DNA from: Phoronis australis
Taxonomy: Eukaryota; Animalia; Phoronida
Length of the DNA stretch: 64,000 nt
Direction: 5' to 3'
Assembly (NCBI GenBank): GCA_002633005.1
Contig: NMRA01000736.1
Span: 36,790 to 100,789, forward strand
The first letter of the stretch is position 1, and the number at the start of each line of letters is the position of its first letter. This document shows, piece by piece, positions 1 through 10,002 of this stretch. The notes under the pieces are model-generated. The model saw only the letters and a list, made by a program, of their open reading frames with translations, was not told where the DNA came from and made no database searches. Both the position numbers and the translations under genes were made by a program.

Positions 1-72
1 GGACAATAGCACAGCTAGTTTATCTTTCTGATCAAAGTAGGAAACTGGTTTTCAATTGCCATGCCATTGCAG

Positions 73-237
73 TCGATGGTGTTTGGAACGACTGGTCGAG
101 GTGGTCTGACTGTTCTGTTTCGTGTGGAGGAGGTATATGGAACAGATCCAGGGCGTGCTACGGTCCATTCTACAATGGAAATGATTGTGAGGGGGCAGCG
201 AGTGAGCAGCAAGTGTGCAATGAGAATCCTTGTCCGA
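73..237 (+). CDS. Exon: thrombospondin type-1 repeat
   Basis: ttgcag acceptor and gtaagc donor. Translates DGVWNDWSRWSDCSVSCGGGIWNRSRACYGPFYNGNDCEGAASEQQVCNENPCP, with WxxWxxW, CSxSCG and RxRxC motifs. Confidence 0.93.
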
Positions 238-3200
238 GTAAGCTCTTTGTTTTGTGTAGGCCTAATTATATTTTGGCTTGCAAAAACAGTTTAAGAAATT
301 CAGAACATGCAGTATTGTTGCCGGTTAAACATAGTTTTGGAAAGTTTGCTGACTTGATTACTACATGTAAATGCAAAGGTCATTAGAGTGCCCTGAATCC
401 ATGATGAGTCGACATCACCATGATGAGAATTCGCACACTTCTCAAACTGAAACTCTAATAGGTCGCAGTTTTTGCATTCCAGTAGCCCCCTGTGCAAGTA
501 GATACACTGTACACATTTTCAGTTTAAAAATTTCGAAAATATAGACGGATTACGTGTTTTTGTTGAAATATGGACAGGGTTCATCCTGCACCAGCATAGA
601 GCGGGTAACTGTTTTTGTTATATTTCAGTTCCTGGGGAATGGCTAGAATGGGGCTCCTGGCAAGAGTGCAGTAAGACATGCGGTGGTGGTGTACAGATAA
701 GAACAAGAGAATGTAACCTGACTACCCATGGCATTCTCACTGCTCCTTGCCTCCATAACAGCACGCAGTCGATGCCCTGCAGTATTTACAGTTGTACTTT
801 GCGTGAGTAAGACTTTCGTCGTCACCGTTAGTGGAAGACTGAGGACTAATCTTGCACCGCAAATGTTAGCCTCAGCGGAAACGGAAATCCATGAGCTCAA
901 TTGGCTATCGCCAATGGCATGCGTCAAAGCGTGGAAATACGGTTAATAATTGAATGGGTACCCATTAAACAATTGAAGACGCAGTAGTTTCTTCAATAAA
1001 TCGCGAACGAGTTGTATTGAGTCGCAAGGTACATGTATTGCTTAGTTAACTTTCTTTGGCGGCAGACAATTGAAATCGTAGTTCTTCGCCTTTTGCGTTG
1101 AGGCGTAGCCGATCCATTGGTACATGGACACAGTGTTGACCAAAACATTTCTTTATGCCGTTAGGCATCTCTTACGCAAGTGAACAAGAAAATGTGCACT
1201 GTTCACTCGAGAATATCATGCGAGTTCCTAGTATTACCAACGGCTTGACGGTACTGTCATATATTGGAGTAAGCTACTCCCTACGTGTACTAATGGGCTT
1301 GGCCCAATGTGTATTGGATGAGATACATGTAAGTGTTGTCGCAACCAGCGTGCTTGTTTAGCATACTAGTTTCAAAGTAAAAAACGAACAATAGGTAAGG
1401 CTACGGAACAACATGACATTTTACAATTGAAAAGTCATAGCTGTCTTCGAATTTTTAAGACCGATGCATTATAAGAGAAATTGGCGGATAAGTTTTCTTC
1501 AGCAGTGCACCTAAGCCATGTGCATTAATTTGTAAATGAATTAGGAAGAGTTGGTCACAGTCTGGCTTAAGCTCGCACATGCGTTGGCATAATAGACCCC
1601 AAATGTTAGCGTAGGAGGTGCCTCATGGCTTGAAGTCTATGGTTTATAAACGTGATACGGAGTTTGAGAGAAAGCGGCCAAAAAGATGACGTTTGCCCAA
1701 ATTTACGCAGAATACTACCGAAACTTCCTGGAGGTAGGGCCATTTGCAATTAAGTACTGAGGGTGAGTCGCCCAGGGCCTCTCTATCATTAAAACTTTGA
1801 CTTGTTAAACTTGTTTAGGTTTGGTCAATCCCGATTAACTTCAGAATAGTTTCTTGAGTCGCTGATAGCAGTGTCTATGCTCTTGTTGCTAAGATTTACA
1901 TAGATCCTAAATAGCAGGGAATATTGTCAGTCCTATTGAGGGACGTTAAGTGACTTAAATAGTGTTCCCGTTTAACTCTGAGGAAACGCAATTTTAACAT
2001 TTTCAATCACAAACAATACTCTGCTATGAAGCAAAGGGTTCACGTGACGGTATATTATTGAGCAGAAAGCCCGGTTAATTGTTCACTTAAGCTTTTTTTT
2101 ATTAAGACTCCTGCGCGTATACTCGACTTTGCCATAAGCTCGGGCGTAGACACTAACATTTAGACTTTGGTACCGAAAAAACCGGGCTTGTCTGCGGAAG
2201 ACTCTGTTTCCATCATTTGACTGCTGTACTTTATGTCAGAAACAGCATGATAGCTCGGTAAACTAAAGTCCGTTTCTGTTGCCTTTAAAATGCAAAAACA
2301 TGATTTGCAAGCAAGTTCCGTGTGAAAAACATGTCTCAGAAACATATATAAGTCTCTGTGGCAAATCACAATTTTTAAACAAAAGCCGGAGGTCGTCATC
2401 CAGAAACAATCAGACATTTTAATCTTTGGGAATGCATTGCAGCTAGAACCTGTCGGGAGTGGTACGCGCGTGGTAAGACCGACAGCGGATACACCGAGAT
2501 CGACCCAGACATGGAGGGCCCTCTAAAGCCTTTTGCAGCCTATTGTGACATGTCAAATGACCAAGGCATTACCATTGTAGGTAAGAAATCATTTATGCCC
2601 ATACACTTATTGTATATACTGGCGTCTGCTTAGGCTACATAGTGAATGGGCAAAGGTCCAGAAGATGTGCACATTTCTACACTGAGTCAAGCGTGGTATT
2701 TGCAAGCCAGGAAGTGCTTCTTTAACGAAATCAAGAACAATGATCAGCTCTGGTTTGAAAATAGCAACGCATTGTTGTCGCTCTCGAATGATGCAAGAGG
2801 CAATTTGTTCCAGAACACAATCATGAGCAACCCATCGAGGTAAAAGAACACGAGGGAATGGGCGAGTTCGTTCTGAGCATTGCGTACAAGAACACTCTTG
2901 CTGGTTACCCTGGCATCAAACAGGTGGCAGCACTCGTCGACGCCTCCTTGGAGTGCAGCCAGTCGCTCCGATGGGACTGTCGTTCGGCTACCATGCACAA
3001 CAAGTTTGGTGCTGTTACTTTCTGGATGAATCGGGACCAAATTGAGCAGTTCTACTGGGCAGGTAATGCTAACAATTCCAAAGAAATTACGATGAAAACG
3101 AGCAAAGGTTAGTCTATTTTTCGCAGAGGAATGGTAAATTGCCGCCACTGCACTAGTTCACTAGAGTGAGCCACGCATGTTATGCTCGGCTATACAGTTA

Positions 3201-4762
3201 GTGGCACTTTTCAGTAGAAGATAAACTGCAACTTGTCCGCAGAAAGCAGAATTTGCTATATAAATTTCTGATATTAAACTCAGTGCTATGTGGAAAGAAT
3301 GTATAGTTCCAACGTGTCAATTCAGCCAATCAGGTCGATGCAACATGTAAATACAACAATAGCCTGCCATTTTAGCCCACTGACACTGGTTGTGAAGAAA
3401 TGGGCTTTGGGCACATGCCATGCAATATACCAGGGTAGACTCACGGTTAGAAAAAATTAGCCAGAATTTCCTGTTGTCATTTAAAATACACGACAATATC
3501 TCAGGTAATCTCACAAAGTCTTGATTTGTAGCAATATGGCCAGCGTACATGTAGGCCCAAGCCCTACTGAGCTCTACCCACGACGATGGACACTAAAAAT
3601 CCAAATGCCATCAAAATCATTGTCAATTGAGAATAATCGTGTTGCCGCTCTTAAAAAAGAACGTAAAACAACTTTACTACCACCCACGGTGCCTGTCTGA
3701 ATCGACCAAACAGCCGTATACTTGAGGCTTGGCGTGTCAGTGGGCTAGCGTAACCCATGGCTGGAATCAACGAGTTGAAATCGTTGATAGACCGCTATGT
3801 GTAACAGTGGTTTTTGCAACAGTGCCCTTTGTGTTTGCTTGGAAACTGTTTTAGTGAAACGTCATCGGAAACACTTGGGAAATAATCTGTTGTTATGGGG
3901 CGTGAAATTGGTTCTGCCGTATTTGCTTTGCGCTTATGGGACTAGACAACAGTACATGTATCTATGGTGGTCGTGGCCAGTCTGCTCTTGTCGAAACTAT
4001 CCATTCTTGAGGTAAAAAACGACAATTAAAGTGCGCGAATAAACCGATTTTTATTTTAAAAAGCTTAATTAGCGTCACGTCATTTACGCCAAATGATTCC
4101 ACCAGTAAGGAAAACGCGGCGTACAGTAATTATTGCAACACATAGTATAGAATGTCAAGGCCAATTGTAGGCGGAAACAAGGCAACTGGGGGCTGCGCAT
4201 GCTCACTGACTGGTGACTGTTACGGCGGCCATTTATGCAACTGTGACGCCAACGACGAAATTTGGCGTTTTGACGAGGGGAACATCACTTCAAAGAAAGA
4301 CTTGCCCGTGACGACTGTCCTTGCCGGAGACACGGGTAATGCAATTAATGTTTATCCTGTAATTCGCAGTTTTTCTATTTTACGAATCTTTTCGTACATG
4401 CCTTGACTGACAACTCGTAGTATGTATACTGGGTATAAAACGAATCGATGGCGCCATTCTAGCCATGTGCACGACCTGTCAAATGTCACCACTTCATACG
4501 GCATATTTTATAATTCAATATTTGATGGCTGAACAAGAATAGCTCGACTCTCTAGAGCCTCCTCCATTCTGTGCGCAATTGTTCATGCTTGGTTCAAAAG
4601 CCCACCTCTTTTCATGGTGAGCACACCGTGGTTTGACATCAACGTTAATGGTATCACGCATGCGTTATTTGATTAGTCCTGCTTCTTGTTTTAGGTGATC
4701 CGACTGAAGCAGGGAAAATCACTGTTGGTCGTTTGATTTGCTCGGGAGATATCCTGTTGTAG
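73..4762 (+). CDS. Spliced gene, 5'-partial: TSP1-repeat protein with a C-terminal Caspr/neurexin-IV-like fibrinogen-related domain, probably secreted
   Basis: Exons 73-237, 629-802, 2443-2580, 2814-3062, 4171-4335 and 4695-4762 (alternative last exon 6461-6528). All introns are GT-AG and phase 1, internal exon lengths are multiples of 3 (165, 174, 138, 249, 165), and the joined frame is open. No transmembrane segment before the stop. Confidence 0.9.
629..802 (+). CDS. Exon: thrombospondin type-1 repeat
   Basis: tttcag acceptor and gtgagt donor. PGEWLEWGSWQECSKTCGGGVQIRTRECNLTTHGILTAPCLHNSTQSMPCSIYSCTL. Confidence 0.93.
2443..2580 (+). CDS. Exon: start of Caspr-type fibrinogen-like domain
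   Basis: ttgcag acceptor and gtaaga donor. RTCREWYARGKTDSGYTEIDPDMEGPLKPFAAYCDMSNDQGITIV matches the SGxYxIDxDGxGPLxPFxxYCxM pattern of Caspr/neurexin IV. Confidence 0.9.
2814..3062 (+). CDS. Exon: Caspr-type fibrinogen-like domain, middle
   Basis: ttccag acceptor and gtaatg donor. HNHEQPIEVKEHEGMGEFVLSIAY...QVAALVDASLECSQSLRWDCRSA...TFWMNRDQIEQFYWA (overlaps ORF 2858-3112). Confidence 0.9.
4171..4335 (+). CDS. Exon: Caspr-type fibrinogen-like domain, Cys-rich part
   Basis: ttgtag acceptor and gtaatg donor. GGNKATGGCACSLTGDCYGGHLCNCDANDEIWRFDEGNITSKKDLPVTTVLAGDT carries the CAC...C...CNCDA...W..D.G....K..LPV......GDT signature. Confidence 0.92.
4695..4762 (+). CDS. Terminal coding exon A
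   Basis: cttcttgttttag acceptor, phase 1. GDPTEAGKITVGRLICSGDILL* completes the domain (G.L.C.G motif). Confidence 0.82.
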
Positions 4763-4939
4763 TTACGACAAAACGCGTAATTATTCTGCACCCCATACGT
4801 ATGAATCAGTTGTTTCCCCTTGTCACTACTTTCTTATCCTATATCATTGAGCAGGAAACGTCCCAATATCCCTGACCTAGAAATGAACTTAAACACATCG
4901 CCCCCTTGTGTTTAAGCTACCAAATACGCTAATATGCCT

Positions 4940-5170
4940 GCATATTCCTGACCCTATGTTTTCATACACCGGAACCGGATGTGCCTTCGTGCCACTGACC
5001 CAATTTCCTTTTCACTAACCGGTGTTGTGTTCTCATGCCATTGATACGGAGATGTCTTCGTACCATTGACCCAGTTGTCTTTCCATATCGCTGTCCCAGC
5101 GATGTCCTCATACCTTGAACCATGTGTCATCATACTAATGATGCAAATATGTCTCCGTATAATTGACGTC
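4940..5170. repeat. Degenerate ~24-bp minisatellite
   Basis: Successive units resemble TGTCTTCGTACCATTGACCCAG, e.g. gtgccttcgtgccactgaccc, tgtcttcgtaccattgaccc, tgtcctcataccttgaacc, tgtctccgtataattgacg. Confidence 0.55.
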
Positions 5171-6460
5171 CTGTTTGCCCGTTCAAATCTGGGCTAAGGT
5201 GCGTCTTCCAACCTTTGAATCAAGCCTGATGCATCAACTTGCCCATAAGTTTGTTAGTGGGGGACAAGTGAGCAGTTTGTAAACGGCGGGGACTTTTTCT
5301 TGCAAATCCACTGGCGCACATCCAACCATGTGCACGTTCCGTAGATGTTAAACATACCCAAGTTAAACTAAAGAGATTACGTGCTTCGCTTTTAATGCAT
5401 GACGATATCTAGCAAAGATCTACGTGGTCTCACTTTTTCCTAAAACAACTTGCTCTACGGTATGCAGCCCTGTCTTAGTCCTTACCGATACGCACTTGAT
5501 AATGTAGAAACCACTTACGATCGCACCATAACTCTTGGCCTATTATAGCAAAGTCTTTGGAAAAGTATTGCTCATAACAATGATTAGAGCTTTGTAGATG
5601 AATATTAATAAGTGAACTTCTGTCAGAATTTAGATGTTCCCTGGTTCGGGTTTTCAAATGGCGAACAATGTCGCCTATATATGTGGAACCACATCGAGCA
5701 CAGATACATGTAAATGTGTATACTACCGTAGACCCATAGGAAGTTTGTCTTTAGGGTTAAATAAATTAGACCGTATTAGACAGTCGAATGTTAATACAAC
5801 TCTTTAAGTTAATGAAATTTTTCGAGTTTTCGTTGAGTAATCCTGGCGTAAAAACCAACAGAGTATTGTAAAATACTTGCAGTTAGTATTGTCTACAGGA
5901 CAAATATCATCAGGGTTACGTTGTAGTCTTGCTTTCAATACCATATATTGGCTAGTTTAAAGGGATAGACATAATTTTGCAAATTTGATGTAAGTTCTTT
6001 AATCAAATCTAGCCTAGGTGTTTTTGATGCGATATACCCAATCTATTAGAGTTTTAACGCGACCCGCGTTATAAACAAAGGATGTGAAGCTATGGGCCCA
6101 GCAAGGTGACCGCTGTTTTGGCTACTGAGGATGGTGTTTCAATAAACGCCGATACCTGTCAAGCGGATTTAAATCCATCGTTGTTTTTCTCAACATATGC
6201 TGTTACTTGCTACATGTACGTGTATCATGGAGAAACACGACAGCACATGACGTCATTTTGTCCAATGTATTTCGACGGTACTAATTAGTTTTAATTACTT
6301 TATGCTTTGAGAACTACTGTAGTAATAACTGCGTTTATAACCTCTGTTTTGCGTTGAGAGTGATAAATATTGACCGTTTGTGCAACAAATGTTACGAAAC
6401 AGTTAACAACATCCATGAGTTGTAAGGCAAATATCATTAACCCCTTCCGTCTTTTTCCAG

Positions 6461-6528
6461 GTGGTTATCCGGAAGAGGAAGGGAAATTGACTATAGGACC
6501 CCTCATCTGCAAGGGGGTGCTCAACTAA
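6461..6528 (+). CDS. Terminal coding exon B (paralogous alternative last exon)
   Basis: Strong ccccttccgtctttttccag acceptor, phase 1, same 68-nt length as exon A. GGYPEEEGKLTIGPLICKGVLN*. Confidence 0.8.
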
Positions 6529-8069
6529 TCGTTATATTTACGACAAAAAGTTCAAGGTTAGATGAGTCGACGCACGGATTTGTAAATTATCCTGACAACG
6601 TACGTAACAGAAAACAATACTAGGAATACTATTAATAACACATTTTCCCGACTTCTAAATTTATACCTCCAAATTGTATTACGCTAATCATGAGGGTGGC
6701 CCAAAATTGTCATTACACTGGAGGCGACAGAAGGTTAGACGTCCTACCATTGTTTACGACATATTCCTAGTTCAACGCTCTTATACAGTGTACCATTATT
6801 TGACGACGAGGTCAGTGGATTTTATTCCCTCGGATGGCTACATCTCATTTTCAGTGAACTTCTTTTGGCTAGAAATCGTTCTCTAGAAACATACGTATTT
6901 TGAAAAACATTTCCACGCCGCGTGACTATTCTCAATAATTACACCGCAGTTTGTTTTGAATACGTACATGTAGATGACGCATAACTAGTTCTGTATGGTT
7001 GTTGTATTTGGAAACGAAAGTTAACGACTGGAAAGCAGTGATGCACATTGTCACAGTGATTGGATAAATTAACGAATGATAAATTTATAGTTGTTGCAAT
7101 CAATGTGTTAGACTTTTTCATTTTCTTTACAAAAGCAGGTTCACATAGCCAATGACTCTATAACAAAGGAATTGAACTTCCGGGTCTCTTACAAACCTGT
7201 AGAGTTCTGTCGACAATTTAGCTTCGCCCAATGACCAAATTACACTTCCGGTAATTTCTGCGATCGGCCGAGCACTACCGAGCGGTTTATGGTTTCCGCG
7301 ATTTTTGTAAAAATCAACATTCATTCATACATAAGACTTGTGGATCGAATCTGAAATAAACTTAAGATATAAGCAATGGCGTAATTCGGCGACAGTTTAT
7401 GCATGTAGTTGCAAGCTTATCAGGTAGCGGCTACGCTTTCTTGCATCAGTGCAGAAGTCGCTGAATGATGCTTGCATTCGGCTTCGCTGTGTATTTCACA
7501 CCTCGAAAATCCCGGACCCGGGGATCCAGGTCATCTGCACGTCAAATACGGATGTACATGTAAATGTACAAGACATTAGTTATGGAAACCAGAAACAACA
7601 CGATACTCGGCTAGTAAACTGAGAGTTCGGTCTCCTGTATAAGACCGGCCCAGTGAATTACGATCAGACCCTAGAGTGTCTCCGAGAAAATTCACAAAGT
7701 TCACAATTTTGCGAACTTGAGTTGTACAAGGGATCAAATTGGTTTCTAGAGTTGCATAAGAAAGGAAACCAAGAGACAGGGTTGGAGATCTATTTCGACA
7801 TGAAAGTGTTTCTAAGTAGCAACATAAAATCATGGTTAAATCCCATCCCTGAGCTCGGTCATTTCTCGAAAAACCTCGAAGCACAATTCTTTCATTATTT
7901 CTTTCAAAGTGTCGTTCGAAAATTCTCCATGTTTCTGTTCTGTATTTTATTTACACCACGTCCATGTTGTACCAACCCTCTACATGTACATGTATAAAAC
8001 CACTTAAACTAGTCCAGTGGAATGACATACAGACTCCGCCCACAGTTAATCACGTGATTCTGAGCTTAA

Positions 8070-9029
8070 AGTGTACACAACATGACTCTAGTACCTCAAA
8101 ATAAATTTTATTATTATATCTTATTTGATTTCAGTGCCTTTAGTGCACAGCTCATAAAGAAACACGCAAAAAATGAAAAAATAATAATTATGTACAACGT
8201 CATGGGTTGAACCCAAGTCGTTCGCCATACTGTTCGGATCAGAGACAAAGTGTATAGAGTGAAGAGAAAGCAAAGTACATTTAGCGTCGAGAAGGTTTGT
8301 AGAGGGATCAAAAGATGTGTTTCCGGAGGCTGCAGCAACAGCAGCCAGGCGGAGAACGTCTCGGTGTTCCGGAGGACACCAAAGTTGCGCAGAAGTGGCA
8401 TCGCTTCGTGCGCCGAACGAGAGTGTGGGACGTCATCGTGGACCAAGCGATTCGGTCCGGGGCCACTCTGTGTTCTGCCCACTTTGAGGACTCGTGTTTC
8501 GACTCCAGTCACAGGAGACGTTACGATGAAGGCCTGGTTCAATAAAGGACATTATTTATCATTCAGAAACATCAGCTCTTAATTCAGGATCGTCTGTGAT
8601 GACTGGGTTGACTCGCTGAGCCCGAGGCCGCTTCTCTCGCGGAAGGATCTAGTTCGTAAGGCTCAAAGTAGAAAAGTACGCAGCCGGAAGCAAATTAAAC
8701 TTGTTCTCGCTTTCGTGCAACCCCATTTCCTCATCCTGGCCACTATTGCCGTACGTTACTTCATAGTATTTGTTCAATTGTTGCTCATAATCGTCGTCGC
8801 TTTCAAATTCCCTGCTCTCCGCTATTGTTCAATGCTAGTCACTGATCTCTTGTGTTCAACCCATGACGTCACAAGGCGGCAAATGTGAAAATTGGCAAAA
8901 TTGAAAGAAAAATCAAAATTTCGACCTAATTACACAAAATAAACATGGATCTAGCTAAATTTTACGTCATACATTTAGTCTGTGGCCACCGGTAATTCAA
9001 AATGTGCAAAAATCCATGGTGTGTACTGT
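8070..9029 (+). mobile_element. Non-autonomous Kolobok-like DNA transposon with a THAP remnant
   Basis: TTAA on both sides (8066-8069, 9030-9033). Terminal inverted repeat agtgtacacaacatg / catggtgtgtactgt. Subterminal inverted repeat 8197-8217 vs 8849-8869 matches 20/21. Internal frameshifted THAP domain. Confidence 0.75.
8307..8545 (+). pseudogene. Frameshifted THAP zinc-finger domain
   Basis: Joining ORFs 8250-8582 and 8315-8545 gives KRCVSGGCSN...(F)PEDTKVAQKWHRFVRR...ATLCSAHFEDSCF, i.e. C2CH ligands plus the conserved P, W and F. Confidence 0.8.
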
Positions 9030-9033
9030 TTAA

Positions 9034-9723
9034 GGTCGTTCAAACTGAGGGATATTACTACATTTCTGCATTGCGCAATACCCAAATTCATTATATGTTG
9101 AAATGACAAATACCCTACTCGACTGGCTGAAAATTACTAGCTATAGCAGTCAAGAAATTCCGTAGAATTCCGATGTGATGCCGAATGTGCACTTCTCGAT
9201 CACTGGCGTGCGTCATGATTGCTGATTTCTCGCGTTGAGATTTTGGAGTTTATTTCAATTCTTGAACAGCGATTTCTCGGAGGTACGTGAATGGATTTCT
9301 ATGAAAGTTCGAATACCTGGTATTTGATATCTTCTAAAGATAACACTTTCACAAAAGCTCGATTTAAATCCTATTTTTTTCAGAACAGAGCCTTCAAAAT
9401 CAATAGTACGGACGTTTTTGCTCAAAAAGTCTAAAAGTGAAAAATTAAAAACCTAAGACTCGTTTCAAAAATCTGAGACACAGTTCCCTCGAGAATGCCG
9501 CTATCAACATGTTTACCAAAGACCAGTATGATTGAAGGCACAATATTTTTAAAACCTTTGCATATTTTGTGAATTAATGAAGATAAGGAAATAAGAATAC
9601 TAAATTTTGTTAGAGAAATTCATTCACTTTTCAGAAAATATATACTTTTGTAGAGATTAGAGCTAAACGAGTTTAAGATATTTGCACATCAGTACAACTT
9701 GGTAAACAAGGTTTGCAGTTGCC
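9034..9723. mobile_element. Possible second TTAA-flanked non-autonomous element abutting the first
   Basis: Starts ttaa-ggtcgttcaaac and ends gtttgcagttgcc-ttaa (9724-9727). The inverted ends match only loosely and there is no coding remnant. Confidence 0.35.
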
Positions 9724-9972
9724 TTAAGACGTATTTCAGTGCAAAAGGTCAAAGCACGATGACTATGAAACGTGGACGGCGCTGAAAGGAAATTGACGGT
9801 AGCAGACATCAACGGCGACCCTGAATAAGTCAACAGAAATTCAAAAAAAAAAACGGCCGCCATGGCGTCATTGTTCAATTTCACCTAGACTAATAGAACT
9901 AGATTTTTACAAGAAACATGATTCGTGCCAATTTCATGTTGGTCGGACAGAAAATGCGCGCATGCACAGTTC

Positions 9973-10002
9973 AAACAGAAACAGAAACAGAAACAGAAAC
10001 AG
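9973..10002. repeat. (AAACAG)5 microsatellite followed by a short hairpin; possible Helentron/DINE-like 3' end
   Basis: Five perfect AAACAG units, then aattct-tttc-agaatt at about 10029-10044. The repeat is seen directly; the element class is inference. Confidence 0.6.

Noticed and set aside
73-4762. Naming the gene CNTNAP/neurexin IV, ADAMTS or hemicentin
   Set aside because: Only shared modules are visible. There are no LamG, protease, Ig or transmembrane parts in the window, so no symbol is assigned.
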